Origin: an uncultured Planctomycetales bacterium
Lineage (GTDB): Bacteria; Omnitrophota; Gorgyraeia; Zapsychrales; JAHFFX01
Assembly (NCBI GenBank): GCA_964464475.1
Contig: CAYXGG010000005.1
Span: forward strand, 33,143-97,142
Direction of reading: 5' to 3'
Length of the DNA: 64,000 bases
Position 1 is the stretch's first letter. Each line of letters starts with the position of its first letter. Below are positions 33,861 to 44,734 of the stretch, piece by piece. Below the pieces are notes generated by a model that worked only from the letters and a program-made list of their open reading frames with translations, made no database searches and had not been told where the DNA came from. The position numbers were made by a program, and so were the translations under genes.

Positions 33861-35546
33861 TTGATCATGGGCCCACGATTTAAATATTTCCTGACTTTCT
33901 TTTTTATTTTGCTGCTAAACCTTTCCGTGTATTTTCCTGCTTTTTTTCAAATGGCCCGGGCCGATCAGCTGGTGTATTTGACGGAAGTGGCTGACCAATA
34001 CGAATTTGGTGAATTATTTCAGAACACCTATTCTTATAACCGCACGCGTCATTATAACCAGGGCGACGAATTGGGGTTTCGGCCGATATTGTTCGCGTTA
34101 TTGGCCTTTCAAAAAAGTTATTTTGGTTACAATTTTGTGCTTTGGCAGCTGGTCGGGTTTGTGTTGCACGCGCTGCTGTTGGCGCAGCTGCTGCGCTTGC
34201 TTAATTTTATCCGTTGGGATTTCCTGGGGGCTTTACTGGTGGCCAACTTTTCCGTGTTGACCATTGCTTCCGAAATGGTCAGCTGGCACCACATTCACGC
34301 GTACATTTTATTTTTGGTGTTAGTGCTGGAGGCGTTGTTGCAAGTGGCGCGATTCTTCCATCCGCCTACGCCTGAAACCACGGCTTTAGCCGTGGGGCTC
34401 CATGATCCGGTCCGGGACGAAAAAAGATTGGGCCTAGCGCTTATTTGGTTGACGTTGGCCTGTTACATTCAGGAATTTGGAGTTATTACGTGCGTGGTGC
34501 TGGGGATTTTTACGCTGTATTGGGGGAAGAAAAATAAATCCCCTACTGCTTGGCGGGACGCTCTAATTTTTGTGGTGCCGGTCGCGAGCTACGTTATCAT
34601 CAGCCTAGCGGACTATTGCTTGCGGAATATTGTTCCTCGTACTTTAGGTGCGATTGACTTAAAGTTCATGCTGATGAACTTGCCGGTCATTATGTTTACC
34701 TATCTACGCGGCGCGTTATTGCCTTGCTGGACCACCATTTATCCCGAAGAGCGCGCGAGCATTGATCCTTTTTCGTTGACGGTCACCTGGCAGAGCATCC
34801 AATGGGACAATTGGCTGCATCAGTTAAACCTGTTACTGGTCGTACTGTTTGCTTTAGGGTTACTGTCAGTGATCGTGAATTTCTTTTGGCGGCGGTTCCG
34901 TCCGGTGGTGCAGACAGATGTTGCTTCAAATCATGACTCGCGGTTTTGGTCCATCTTTTCCTGGCTGTGTTTGGCTCTAGCCGGGCTTTACATGGCGTTG
35001 GTCATGATGGGGCGATTAACGACGCAGGAGATGGATTATATTTATTTGAGTTTGTATCAATTTTACATGGTCGGGGCCTTTCTGGTTGTTGCCATCTATG
35101 CCGAGCTGGCCGCTCATCATCCACGTTTATTTTCGGGACGGTCGTTTTTGCGATGGGGTGTCATTTTGTTTTTGGTCGTATCTATTCTGGTCAACGCCGT
35201 GCAGACCTATACCCAAAATCGATTACGTATGAAACTCGAATCCGGAGCGCTGGCCATGGTGAAGACACTCGAACGATTTGTGCAGGAGCATCGTCGAGAA
35301 ACAGATTTTTCATTCTGGATGGTGGGGGCTGAACATGATTTAATAACGGGTATGTTTGAAGGGCATTCGTGGGACGGGAATCTTTGGGTGGGTTCGGTTT
35401 CTAACTTTTTATTCCGTCCGTACGTCCGGACGGAAAACGCCAAGTATTACTTAGTGTATTCCACTAAAGAGGGATTGGTGGTGTTTCGGGATTTAACCGC
35501 AGCAGAATACTTCTTAGAACAACTGCAAGAGAGCACGCATGACTGA
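33861..35546 (+). CDS. Polytopic membrane protein, paralogue A of a tandem pair (GT-C-like, function unknown)
   Basis: 561 aa. Conserved N-terminus with its neighbour: YFPAFFQMARADQLVYLTEVADQYEFGELFQNTYSYNRTRHYNQGDELGFRP. Confidence 0.6.
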   Translation: MIMGPRFKYFLTFFFILLLNLSVYFPAFFQMARADQLVYLTEVADQYEFGELFQNTYSYNRTRHYNQGDELGFRPILFALLAFQKSYFGYNFVLWQLVGFVLHALLLAQLLRLLNFIRWDFLGALLVANFSVLTIASEMVSWHHIHAYILFLVLVLEALLQVARFFHPPTPETTALAVGLHDPVRDEKRLGLALIWLTLACYIQEFGVITCVVLGIFTLYWGKKNKSPTAWRDALIFVVPVASYVIISLADYCLRNIVPRTLGAIDLKFMLMNLPVIMFTYLRGALLPCWTTIYPEERASIDPFSLTVTWQSIQWDNWLHQLNLLLVVLFALGLLSVIVNFFWRRFRPVVQTDVASNHDSRFWSIFSWLCLALAGLYMALVMMGRLTTQEMDYIYLSLYQFYMVGAFLVVAIYAELAAHHPRLFSGRSFLRWGVILFLVVSILVNAVQTYTQNRLRMKLESGALAMVKTLERFVQEHRRETDFSFWMVGAEHDLITGMFEGHSWDGNLWVGSVSNFLFRPYVRTENAKYYLVYSTKEGLVVFRDLTAAEYFLEQLQESTHD

Positions 35547-37221
35547 AAAACATTTATCGTCGGGAGCCCCGCGTTTTGTTTATTTGTTGATTATTTTGGC
35601 ACTCAATTTTATTGTTTATTTTCCTTCTTTCTTTCACGCGGCCCGTGCCGACCAACTGGTGTATCTGACGGAGGTCGCAGAATACCGTTCGTTCCCTGAG
35701 CTGGTGGGTAATACCTATTCTTATACTCGCCAGCGACAGTTTAACAAGGGTGATGAATTTGGTTTTCGTCCCTTGCTTTTTTTCTTCATTGCTTTGGAGA
35801 AACAGCTGTTTGGTTTTAATTTTACGTTATGGCAAGCGACGGGATTGATGTTGCACGGTTTGCTCATCTGTCAGCTGGTTCGGTTTATGGGGCTGTTGGA
35901 GATAGGGCTTCTAGGTTATCTGTTCGTTGGTTTATTTTCAGTTTTAACGATGAGTATGGAAATGGTCATCTGGCACCACATCAGTGGCTATATGCTTTGT
36001 CTTATATTATTTTTGGAGGCGTTTTATCGATTGGTTGTTTTTATTGGTCAGGGTTTCCGGAAGCAACGTGATTTAGGCCTAGCCATTGGGACGTTAACGC
36101 TGGCTAATTTTACGTATGAGTATAGCGTCGTGGGCTCCGGGGTGTTGTGGCTGGCCGTTATCCTAGCGGCAGGGCGGAAGTTGCGTCAGGAAAACCACTC
36201 ATTGAGCGCGCCAGAAATAATTTACTTAAAAAGAATTAAATGGCAGCTTTTGATTCCACTCGTACTTTATTTCTCCATCAACGCAGCAGACTATATTGGG
36301 AAAGTGGGTTTTTCCGCTAAACAATTAGCTTTTTCAGGCTCGGTTTTTCAGACGGGGGTAGGGTATCAGTTGGGGTTAGCTGGAGCGACTTTCGTGGCCA
36401 GTATCCTTTTCCCGTTTTTGCTAAGTGTTGAATATTGGGAAAGAACCATCATTTATCCGATTAATGAAGAGTGGTGGCAGCAAGTCGCGTATCCAAATTG
36501 GGGGCAGGCTGCCAATATTTTGGTTGTTTTGGTATCTTTAGGCATTATTGTGTATTGGTTTGTGAAGGTCAGGCGCAAACAGTTGCGCACGCGTCCTTCT
36601 ATGTTGACGTCGGATTTAGGAATTCGGAGTCAAGTCAATTTTATTGGAGTGGTAAGTGCGATTTTAGGTTTTGGGTATTTTCTTTTTCTTTTAGTGGTGC
36701 GGTTAAATAAGCATGGTTTGTTGGACTACGTCTACTATAGTTTGTATCATTTTTACATCATCGCGCTCTTTTTGCTGATCGCCTTAGGTGCTTGGATTAA
36801 GCGAGTCGAATTCCTGAATTTGCAGCCACCCGTTTGGCTTAAAGGGACGATTTGCATTCTGGTGGCGGGATTGATATTCTTTAATGGCTTACGAACTTGG
36901 CAAATCAATCAGCAGCGGAGAGAAAATGAAGTGGGCTTTTCCCGACTCGTGGGAACACTGAATGATTTTGTGCAGGCCCATCGGAGCGAAGAAGGTTTTT
37001 CTTTTAACATTGTTTGGGCGGAAGACGACGTGCCCACAGGAATGTATTTAGGATATCCTAATGACCGTGATAATTTTGTGGGCGGTTTTGGGACCGGATT
37101 TATATTTCGGGCTTTTAACGAGAGGGAACGTTCTAAATATTTTGTGGTTTATACGCGTCGTCAGGGATTGGTCTCTTTTTCCAGTCCTGGGGCGGCAGAG
37201 GAATACTTAAGGAGATTGTAA
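35539..37221 (+). CDS. Polytopic membrane protein, paralogue B of the tandem pair
   Basis: 560 aa. YFPSFFHAARADQLVYLTEVAEYRSFPELVGNTYSYTRQRQFNKGDEFGFRP. Collinear with the upstream gene, overlapping by 8 nt. Confidence 0.6.
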   Translation: MTEKHLSSGAPRFVYLLIILALNFIVYFPSFFHAARADQLVYLTEVAEYRSFPELVGNTYSYTRQRQFNKGDEFGFRPLLFFFIALEKQLFGFNFTLWQATGLMLHGLLICQLVRFMGLLEIGLLGYLFVGLFSVLTMSMEMVIWHHISGYMLCLILFLEAFYRLVVFIGQGFRKQRDLGLAIGTLTLANFTYEYSVVGSGVLWLAVILAAGRKLRQENHSLSAPEIIYLKRIKWQLLIPLVLYFSINAADYIGKVGFSAKQLAFSGSVFQTGVGYQLGLAGATFVASILFPFLLSVEYWERTIIYPINEEWWQQVAYPNWGQAANILVVLVSLGIIVYWFVKVRRKQLRTRPSMLTSDLGIRSQVNFIGVVSAILGFGYFLFLLVVRLNKHGLLDYVYYSLYHFYIIALFLLIALGAWIKRVEFLNLQPPVWLKGTICILVAGLIFFNGLRTWQINQQRRENEVGFSRLVGTLNDFVQAHRSEEGFSFNIVWAEDDVPTGMYLGYPNDRDNFVGGFGTGFIFRAFNERERSKYFVVYTRRQGLVSFSSPGAAEEYLRRL

Positions 37222-37577
37222 TGATGAATGATGTCAACGGACAACAAGGAGTAGGTATGATTACGATTGATGATTTTAAGAAAATTGAGTTGGTCGTCGG
37301 GAAGATTCTGGAAGTGAAGGAGCATCCCAATGCCGACCGGCTTTATGTTCTCAAAGTTGATAATGGGAAAGAAGTCCGCCAGCTGGTCGCGGGTATTCGC
37401 AAAGCTTATACTCCTGACCAATTAGTCGGGCGGCGGATTGTGATGGTCAATAATTTACAGCCGACGGTCATTCGGGGGGAAGAATCGCAAGGCATGCTTT
37501 TGGCGGCATCGGATGAGCAGGCGTTATCGCTTTTAGGTATGGAGAAGGATATCGCCTTGGGAAGCATTGTAAAATAG
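37221..37577 (+). CDS. tRNA-binding protein with an EMAP/Myf OB-fold domain (CsaA-like)
   Basis: IDDFKKIELVVGKILEVKEHPNADRLYVLKVDNGKE...QLVAGI...VNNLQP is the tRNA_bind (MetRS C-terminal / CsaA) domain. Confidence 0.7.
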   Translation: MMNDVNGQQGVGMITIDDFKKIELVVGKILEVKEHPNADRLYVLKVDNGKEVRQLVAGIRKAYTPDQLVGRRIVMVNNLQPTVIRGEESQGMLLAASDEQALSLLGMEKDIALGSIVK

Positions 37578-37706
37578 TCTGTAGGGTCGCAGAGTCATTG
37601 CGTCTTTGGGGTCATTGAGTCGTTGGGTTTGCAGGTAAATGATGACGTCCTGACGCCACGACTTAATGGACTCCACGGACCCAAGAGACAAAAATCTTAA
37701 TTTAAA

Positions 37707-38228
37707 ATGTATTCTGATTTCCAACAATTCGTCCCCTCATCCGTTTGTTTAAACTGCGATGGTTGCTGCCGGTTTAAAGAGCCGGGTAGTGAATGGCGTC
37801 CGAAATTAACGCATGAAGAGCGACGCCAGCTAGCGCACAATCCGTTGGCGTCAGAAATTTTTTCTAGGCATGCGGACGATGAGCTGCTATCGGTTCCGGC
37901 CCGACAGATAGGTACGTCACCGTGCGAGTGTTCATTGTTTGACGCTGGGCGCAATGCCTGTCGGATTTATGGGGAACATCCGTTTGATTGCCAGCTGTAT
38001 CCTTTTGTGTTGGTTAAAAATGAGTCGCGCGTGGGCGTGTATGTTCATCAGCTGTGTCCGCATGTTCAAACGTATCGCCAGCAGACGGTGTTTGCCGAGT
38101 ACGTGGGTTTTTTACAAAATTATTTTCAACGTCCAGAGGTGACGTCGATGCTTGCCGCCAACCCGCATCTCGCGGGGGAATATCGTTCCTACTTGTCTGA
38201 ATTGGAATTTTTATTTTTTCTATCTTAA
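37707..38228 (+). CDS. YkgJ-family cysteine-cluster protein (UPF0153)
   Basis: CLNCDGCCRF CxxCxxCC motif, plus downstream Cys pairs (CECSLF...C). Confidence 0.5.
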   Translation: MYSDFQQFVPSSVCLNCDGCCRFKEPGSEWRPKLTHEERRQLAHNPLASEIFSRHADDELLSVPARQIGTSPCECSLFDAGRNACRIYGEHPFDCQLYPFVLVKNESRVGVYVHQLCPHVQTYRQQTVFAEYVGFLQNYFQRPEVTSMLAANPHLAGEYRSYLSELEFLFFLS

Positions 38229-38245
38229 GTAGTTCAGCCTCTTCC

Positions 38246-39142
38246 ATGTTTGCCGACTTCTTAAAGAACCATGCCAGAGTTAATGAGGTGTTAACACAGA
38301 GCCCTAGTCGTTTGTCTTCGGCTTCGCTGACTAACTTGGCGCTGTGGCAGGATTTTTTTGAGTTTGAATGGAGAGAAATTCAGGGATGCGGTTGCGTCTG
38401 GGTCCACAGCGGCAAAAGCAGTTTTGTCTATTGGCCGCCACGGGGAAATAAGATGTCGGTGGCTGTAGTCGCGGAAGTTTTCGCGCAGTTAAAAAAGGAA
38501 AATGGCGATCGTCCCGTCGCGCGCGTTGAGAATGTTCCTCAAGAGGATTTAAATTTTTTCCCCGAAGCCGATTACCGATATTTTTCTAAAGGTGATGAAT
38601 TTATTTATGAGCGCGCGGCGATTGCAGAATTAAGAGGCAACGCGTATAAAACTAAGCGTAATGCGTACAATCAGTTTGTTAAAAATAACTCTTTTGAATT
38701 TCTTCCTTTCGGCGTTGACGATGGCCCCGCCTGTTTGCAGCTGTATGATCGCTGGGCCAAGGAAAAAGAAGAGAAAAATAACGATGATGCTTATCGCTTT
38801 ATGTTGCAGGACAGTCGGGTTGTTCTGGAGCGAGCGATTAAAGATTTTACTAAGCTGGACTTGGTGTGGCGTGTGGTGAAAATTCAAGGGAAGATAAGGG
38901 CCTTCACGTTCGGCTATCCGCTTACCACCGATACCTTTTGTGATTATTTTGAAATCGCGGATTTAAGTATTAAGGGATTAGCGGCCTATATTTTCTCGGC
39001 GTTGTGTCAGGACGAAGCCCTAAAGAGTTTTCGTTATGTGAATGTTATGGATGATTTTGGGATGCCCCATGTTGGGGTCACGAAGGAATCTTTTCGGCCG
39101 GTAAAAAAATTACCGGTGTATGTTGTTACCAAAAAAGATTAA
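38246..39142 (+). CDS. Hypothetical protein, possibly DUF2156 / GNAT-fold (LPG-synthase C-terminal-like)
   Basis: 298-aa ORF. No clear catalytic motif. The assignment is by overall pattern only. Confidence 0.3.
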   Translation: MFADFLKNHARVNEVLTQSPSRLSSASLTNLALWQDFFEFEWREIQGCGCVWVHSGKSSFVYWPPRGNKMSVAVVAEVFAQLKKENGDRPVARVENVPQEDLNFFPEADYRYFSKGDEFIYERAAIAELRGNAYKTKRNAYNQFVKNNSFEFLPFGVDDGPACLQLYDRWAKEKEEKNNDDAYRFMLQDSRVVLERAIKDFTKLDLVWRVVKIQGKIRAFTFGYPLTTDTFCDYFEIADLSIKGLAAYIFSALCQDEALKSFRYVNVMDDFGMPHVGVTKESFRPVKKLPVYVVTKKD

Positions 39143-39160
39143 AGTGGAACCCGCACTATC

Positions 39161-41362
39161 ATGTCGTTAATTAAAACATTTCCTTATCGGGGTGATGCGT
39201 TTGCGCTGCTTAAGTTTTTTGGGCGGGAGCGGCATGTGTTTTGGCTGGACAGCAGTTTGTCGCACAAGACTCGAGGACGGTATTCTATTTTGGGATTTGA
39301 TCCTTTTGACGTTGTAGCGATTAAAAGAGAGGATCCGTTTCCAATTTTAAAGAAAAAATTTGCGCGGTTTCAAGATGAAGGTGGTCCGCGTCCAGCGTGG
39401 CCTTTGGTTTCGGGGATGGTTGGGTATCTTGCGTATGATGCCGGATTATTGCTGGAGGATATTCCGCAACAAGCCCCCCATGATTTGAAGTTACCAAATG
39501 CGTGGTTTGGTTGTTATGACGTGATGCTGGTCGTGGATCATGGGGCGCACCAGGTACATTTGTGTTCCAGCGGCTTTCCTGAGTTGAATCGTTCCCGACG
39601 GCAACAGCGGGCCCAGGCGCGGCTTCATGTTTTACTCAAGCAGTGGAGAAGTTTTGTGCAAGAGGGCAATTCCTCGCAATCAGCAGTAGCGCCTATGGCG
39701 GTCACTTGGCGAAGTAATTTTACACAGAAGCAATTTGAAGCGGCGGTGCGCCAAGCCCAAGCCTTTATTCTCGCGGGTGACATTTATCAGGTGAATCTGG
39801 CTCAGCGATTTGCCGGAACTTTCGCGGGGCGTGGGCAAGTCAACCCGGTCGAACTTTATGGACGCTTACGAGCTCAGGCTCCGTCTTATTTTGGCAGTTA
39901 TTTAGATTGCGGTTCCTTTCAAATTCTTAGCTCATCGCCGGAAGAATTTTTGAGTCTACGCGGTCGAGAGGTGTTGACCTGGCCGATGAAAGGGACCCGG
40001 CCGCGCGGTGAGTCTAGGGCAGAAGACCAGCGCCTTAAAAAGGAATTGGCGCGAAGTGCTAAAGACCGGGCGGAATTGTTGATGATCACCGATTTGGAAC
40101 GCAATGATCTGGGGCGAGTGTGCGATTTTGGTTCCGTACGGGTAAGGAAATTGCGTACTGTAGAAACTTATCGCACGGTCCATCAAGGAACATCAACCGT
40201 GGCCGGCCGACTGCGCTCAGGGCTGGATGGTTTTGATTTATTGCGCGCGTGTTTTCCCGGTGGGTCGATTACGGGATGTCCGAAAATTAGGGCGATGAAA
40301 ATTATTGAGACGCTTGAGCCCGTCAAGCGAGGGATTTATTCGGGCGCTTTTGGTTATGTCGACTTTAGCGGGGATTTAAATTTTAATATTCTGATTCGAA
40401 CGCTTATCAAAAAGGAGCGTAACGTATTCTTTCATGTGGGTAGCGGGATCGTCGCAGATTCAACGCCGGATGGTGAATATCAGGAGACTTTGGTCAAGGC
40501 GCGATCGTTGTTCGGGGCTTTCGCGCCAACTAAAAAGGTTATTATTTTAGATAGTGAATTTATTGAAGCTGAGCCCGCTTTTCTTGATTCGTTGGCTCCC
40601 GGTAAGGTCGAGGGAGACGGTGTTTTTGAAACCATGCGCTCACAGCAGGGGCGGATTCTCTTTTTTGATCAGCACCAAAAACGTTTGGTCGCAGGGCTTA
40701 AGGCGTTGGGCATTAGACTGCCGGCTAACTTGGAGCAGATGGTCCGAAAAATTAAAGAGTTGCTGAAATTACAAGCCGGGGAAACCGCTCGGGTCCGTTG
40801 GTCGGTGTGGCGATGGCGTGGGAAAACGCATTGGGCGGCGGCCTCCTTTGCCTATCAGCCGCCGCCCCCATCCGTTTATCATCGGGGCTGGTCTGCGTGT
40901 CTGTTAACAGTTCCACCTGCCCAATTGACTTGTCGGGGAGAGATTAAATCGTTGCGTTATGCGGCGTATGCGCGAGCCAGCCAGTTGGCTGCTTCAAAAA
41001 AGGTTGATGAAGCCCTGTTTGTTTCACCGAAAGGTCATTTGATTGAAGGCAGTCGCGTTAATTTATTTTGGTTTCAAGGAAAAGAGCTGCGGACACCGGC
41101 GTTAACGACAGGTTGCTTAAACGGAGTGACGCGGCGTAGGGTGTTGGCCTTGGCTCGTCGAAAAGGATACGTGGTTCGAGAAGGAGCATGGGACGCTCAA
41201 GATTTACGGCGCGCCAACGAAGCCTTTGTCACCAACGCGCTTATTGGTTTGATGCCGCTTAGCCGTGTGAATGGGAAACCCATTGGTTCAGGGAAACTCG
41301 GGCGCTTGACCGCGGACTTGCGTCGGAATTATGAACGAATCACGGGTGCTGAAATTGTTTGA
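39161..41362 (+). CDS. pabBC: Aminodeoxychorismate synthase component I fused to aminodeoxychorismate lyase (a class IV aminotransferase)
   Basis: Chorismate-binding region: GAFGYVDFSGDLNFNILIRT...GSGIVADSTPDGEYQET. C-terminal 270-aa branched-chain/ADC lyase fold: EGSRVNLFW...NALIGLMPLSRVNG. Confidence 0.75.
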   Translation: MSLIKTFPYRGDAFALLKFFGRERHVFWLDSSLSHKTRGRYSILGFDPFDVVAIKREDPFPILKKKFARFQDEGGPRPAWPLVSGMVGYLAYDAGLLLEDIPQQAPHDLKLPNAWFGCYDVMLVVDHGAHQVHLCSSGFPELNRSRRQQRAQARLHVLLKQWRSFVQEGNSSQSAVAPMAVTWRSNFTQKQFEAAVRQAQAFILAGDIYQVNLAQRFAGTFAGRGQVNPVELYGRLRAQAPSYFGSYLDCGSFQILSSSPEEFLSLRGREVLTWPMKGTRPRGESRAEDQRLKKELARSAKDRAELLMITDLERNDLGRVCDFGSVRVRKLRTVETYRTVHQGTSTVAGRLRSGLDGFDLLRACFPGGSITGCPKIRAMKIIETLEPVKRGIYSGAFGYVDFSGDLNFNILIRTLIKKERNVFFHVGSGIVADSTPDGEYQETLVKARSLFGAFAPTKKVIILDSEFIEAEPAFLDSLAPGKVEGDGVFETMRSQQGRILFFDQHQKRLVAGLKALGIRLPANLEQMVRKIKELLKLQAGETARVRWSVWRWRGKTHWAAASFAYQPPPPSVYHRGWSACLLTVPPAQLTCRGEIKSLRYAAYARASQLAASKKVDEALFVSPKGHLIEGSRVNLFWFQGKELRTPALTTGCLNGVTRRRVLALARRKGYVVREGAWDAQDLRRANEAFVTNALIGLMPLSRVNGKPIGSGKLGRLTADLRRNYERITGAEIV

Positions 41363-41417
41363 AAAAAAAGACATTTTTATTTGCTCTGACCGCGTCAGGT
41401 CTTATAATATCGTCACT

Positions 41418-42479
41418 ATGCCAGCCAAAATCCAAATTCAGATTGTTTCTGTATTTTTTATCACTTTGTTCGTCGCATCGGTTGTTCGTGCTCAAGAGGC
41501 TGATATTGCTCCTACCTGGCGCGAGGCCGTCAATGAAGTGCAATCAAGCACCGAGCAAGCCGCTTCCCAAAATGAGCAGTTAAGACGAGAATATGAATCT
41601 TTACAATCCGAATTAGAGCAGCTTCAGCAAGCTGTAGACGCGGCTAGGTCGGACAAACAATTAAAAGAAAAGCAAATGGAAGAAATTAAGTCTTTCGTCG
41701 GGTCGCAGAAAAGTAAAGCGATGACGGCCGAGAAAGATTTGAAGAAATTACAGGAAGAGATTGATGGCATCAACCAGCAAAGTGTTTCCCTGAAGGAACA
41801 GTTGGATAGTTTGGATGACGCGTATCGTTTGTGGAAATTGAAAATTAGCGATTTGGACGCTCAGAAAAGCATGTTGGAATTAGACGGAAAACTGCAAGAA
41901 ACGTTTGCCGCTGAAGGCGTCGCGCTACCGGAAGAAATCAAAGAATTGCAAGCCCAGCTTGAGATGGAGCGGCAAAAGGAAGAGTCCTTACAGTCCCGCT
42001 TTGCCGAATCTCAAATTAAAGAAAAAGAATTAATGGAAGAATTGGAGAAAGTCCGCGCTCAGAGTGAAGCGATGGATGCGGACCTCGCTAAAATTCATTC
42101 CGATGTTGAGACCCAGCGACGGCATAATGCCGATTTGGAAACTAAATACCAGGGAGCGGAAAGCACCGCCGACGCGGATTTTAATAAGAAATTGGCTCAG
42201 AAAGAAAGCCTGGAAAAAGAAATTGATGCGTTGGAAAATCAAATCAAGAGTTTTGACGCTCAGCTGGATAACTACGCCCAGATTTCACAGCGCAAACGCG
42301 CTCTCTTAGATCAAATGATTGCGATGGACGAAGAGAATCAGGGTTTGCGTGACCAGATTACCCGCATCAAAGATGATATTGCCGCCATGCAGCAACAGGC
42401 AACGACCATGAATGATCGATTGGAAGCCGGTCGGGAGCGAGCGCCGAGTTTACCAATTCCTGCCACCAATAATCCTTAA
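41418..42479 (+). CDS. Secreted or periplasmic coiled-coil protein (hypothetical)
   Basis: Signal anchor MPAKIQIQIVSVFFITLFVASVVRAQEA followed by about 300 aa of Q/E/L-rich heptad repeats. A TATAAT box lies just upstream. Confidence 0.5.
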   Translation: MPAKIQIQIVSVFFITLFVASVVRAQEADIAPTWREAVNEVQSSTEQAASQNEQLRREYESLQSELEQLQQAVDAARSDKQLKEKQMEEIKSFVGSQKSKAMTAEKDLKKLQEEIDGINQQSVSLKEQLDSLDDAYRLWKLKISDLDAQKSMLELDGKLQETFAAEGVALPEEIKELQAQLEMERQKEESLQSRFAESQIKEKELMEELEKVRAQSEAMDADLAKIHSDVETQRRHNADLETKYQGAESTADADFNKKLAQKESLEKEIDALENQIKSFDAQLDNYAQISQRKRALLDQMIAMDEENQGLRDQITRIKDDIAAMQQQATTMNDRLEAGRERAPSLPIPATNNP

Positions 42480-42572
42480 GTTTACCTGTTCCGCTAGTTT
42501 TTGATCGGTTGACTTAATTTCATTCCAGTACTACAATTGGGGACTTTAAATTGAATTTTAAGGAGAGGGATC

Positions 42573-43058
42573 ATGGACGAAATTCTAGAATTGCTCAGTA
42601 AAGATGCCCGGTTAACCGCGGCGGAAATCGCCAAATTGACGGGGAAAAAAGTTGATTCCGTCAAGAAAGCTATTAAGCAGTACGAAAGTAATGGGACCAT
42701 CATTCAATATAAGACGGTCATTGATCAAGAACTGGTCAAAGATAACAGTAAGTATGTGCGCGCGTTGATTGAAGTTAGCGTGACGCCGCAGAAGGATGTG
42801 GGTTTTGATTACGTCGCGGAGAGAATCTATAGTTTTCCTGAAGTGATCAGTTGTTATCTCGTTTCGGGAACCTATGATTTACTTTTGGTGGTAGAAGGAG
42901 ATAATATCCAAACCGTTTCCAATTTTGTCGCCTCAAAGCTGTCCCCCATGGAAAATGTGCGTGCGACCACAACACACTTTTTACTTAAGAAATATAAAGA
43001 AGATGGCCAGGTTTTAAAAAAAGCCAATCATCGTAAACGTTTAAACATTTCTTACTAA
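42573..43058 (+). CDS. Lrp/AsnC-family transcriptional regulator
   Basis: ILELLSKDARLTAAEIAKLTG is an HTH motif. A C-terminal RAM domain is present. Confidence 0.75.
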   Translation: MDEILELLSKDARLTAAEIAKLTGKKVDSVKKAIKQYESNGTIIQYKTVIDQELVKDNSKYVRALIEVSVTPQKDVGFDYVAERIYSFPEVISCYLVSGTYDLLLVVEGDNIQTVSNFVASKLSPMENVRATTTHFLLKKYKEDGQVLKKANHRKRLNISY

Positions 43059-44209
43059 TGAAAATTTCAGATAAGGTAGAACAATTAGCTCCTTCCGGCA
43101 TCAGGGCTTTTTTTGATTTAGTCCTAGGGATGCAGGATGTCATTTCACTAGGTGTCGGGGAACCTGATTTTATTACTCCCTGGCACATCCGTGAAAAGGC
43201 GATCTATTCACTAGAGCGAGGCTACACGTCGTATACATCCAATAAGGGTATGCCTGAATTACGTCGCGAAATCGCGGCATTTTTAAAGCAGCGTCATGGC
43301 TTGGAGTATGATCCGGACAATGAGATTCTAATTACGGTGGGGGTCTCACAGGCGTTGGATTTAGTAGCGCGGACCTTGATTAATCCGGGTGATAAAGTTA
43401 TTGTTCCGCAGCCCTGTTATGTGTCCTATGGCCCGGTCGTGGATTTAGCGGGGGGTGTGCCGGTGTTCGTGCAAACGTCTATTAAAAATGGTTTTAAATT
43501 GACCCCGCAAGAATTGGATGAGGCCGCAAGCTCCGGAGCGATTGCGGTGTTGTTGAATTATCCCTGTAATCCTACCGGCGCTTCGTACACTAAAAAGGAG
43601 TTGACGGAGCTCGCCAAGGTGGCCACCAAGCACAATTTAATTGTCGTCAGCGATGAGATTTATGATGAATTGACTTATGATTTTGCGCACACGGCTTTTC
43701 CCACTCTTAAAGGCATGCGGGACAAAGTCATTTATCTCAATGGATTTTCGAAAGCTTACGCCATGACGGGATTCCGCTTAGGCTATGCTTGCGGTCCGGC
43801 AGAAATCATCGCCGGCATGACCAAGATTCATCAATATACAATGCTTTGCGCCCCTATTACGGCGCAAATTGCGGCAATCGAAGCCCTTAAGTCTGGGATG
43901 AAAGATGTTCAGGATATGAAGCGTGAGTATGCGCGCCGCCGAAGGTTTATGGTGGACGCTTTGAACGCGATTGGGATGTCTTGTCATAATCCGGAAGGGG
44001 CGTTTTATGTATTCCCGTCGATAAAATCGACCGGAAAGAAATCTTTGGATTTTGCGAAAGAATTGCTGCATCAACAGAAAGTGGCTTTGGTGCCAGGAGT
44101 GGCGTTTGCTTCCGGGGCCGAGGGCTTTGTCCGCATGTCGTACGCTTCCAGTTATGATAATTTAAAGGAAGCCGTCAGCCGCATTAAAGCATTTCTTGGA
44201 AAAAAATAA
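43058..44209 (+). CDS. Pyridoxal-phosphate-dependent aminotransferase, class I (aspartate/aromatic aminotransferase-like)
   Basis: NPTGASYTKKEL. SKAYAMTGFRLGYACG contains the PLP Lys. 383 aa. Confidence 0.8.
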   Translation: MKISDKVEQLAPSGIRAFFDLVLGMQDVISLGVGEPDFITPWHIREKAIYSLERGYTSYTSNKGMPELRREIAAFLKQRHGLEYDPDNEILITVGVSQALDLVARTLINPGDKVIVPQPCYVSYGPVVDLAGGVPVFVQTSIKNGFKLTPQELDEAASSGAIAVLLNYPCNPTGASYTKKELTELAKVATKHNLIVVSDEIYDELTYDFAHTAFPTLKGMRDKVIYLNGFSKAYAMTGFRLGYACGPAEIIAGMTKIHQYTMLCAPITAQIAAIEALKSGMKDVQDMKREYARRRRFMVDALNAIGMSCHNPEGAFYVFPSIKSTGKKSLDFAKELLHQQKVALVPGVAFASGAEGFVRMSYASSYDNLKEAVSRIKAFLGKK

Positions 44210-44320
44210 AGACTTCCGGAAATTTTCGCGATAAAATATTATCAGTTTTTTGGGCAGAGTGATCAGTTGAGGCGGTGTTCACTCAACTGTTTACCCACAA
44301 CCTTGAAAAAAGGGGGCGCT

Positions 44321-44716
44321 ATGAAGAAAAACAAAAAGCTCGAGGAGGAGATGGCTTTTGAGATTCGTTTTTATGAAGGGATCTTGCGGCACGCTCCGGA
44401 TTTCATTGAAGCTTTGATGGCCCTCGGCGATTTGTATACCAAGCGCGGTTTGTATGAACAAGGATTGAAGGTGGACGAGAAACTATCAGCCCTGCGGCCG
44501 GACGATCCTTGTATTCTTTACAACTTGGCCTGTAGTTATTCGTTGGTCAATAATATTCCGTTGTCGCTGCGCACGATCAAATGCGCCATCCGGCAAGGGT
44601 ATGAGTACTTGGACTATCTGGAACAGGACCCTGATTTAAATAATTTGCGTCAGGACCGCCGCTTTCAAACGTATATCTCGCGACTCAAGAAAAAAATGGT
44701 CGCTCAGCCGAGCTGA
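44321..44716 (+). CDS. TPR-repeat protein
   Basis: IEALMALGDLYTKRGLYEQGLKV...ILYNLACSYSLVNN are TPR-like helical repeats. Start taken at the Met of MKKNKKLEE. Confidence 0.5.
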   Translation: MKKNKKLEEEMAFEIRFYEGILRHAPDFIEALMALGDLYTKRGLYEQGLKVDEKLSALRPDDPCILYNLACSYSLVNNIPLSLRTIKCAIRQGYEYLDYLEQDPDLNNLRQDRRFQTYISRLKKKMVAQPS

Positions 44717-44734
44717 GTCGTCGGTTATTAAAAA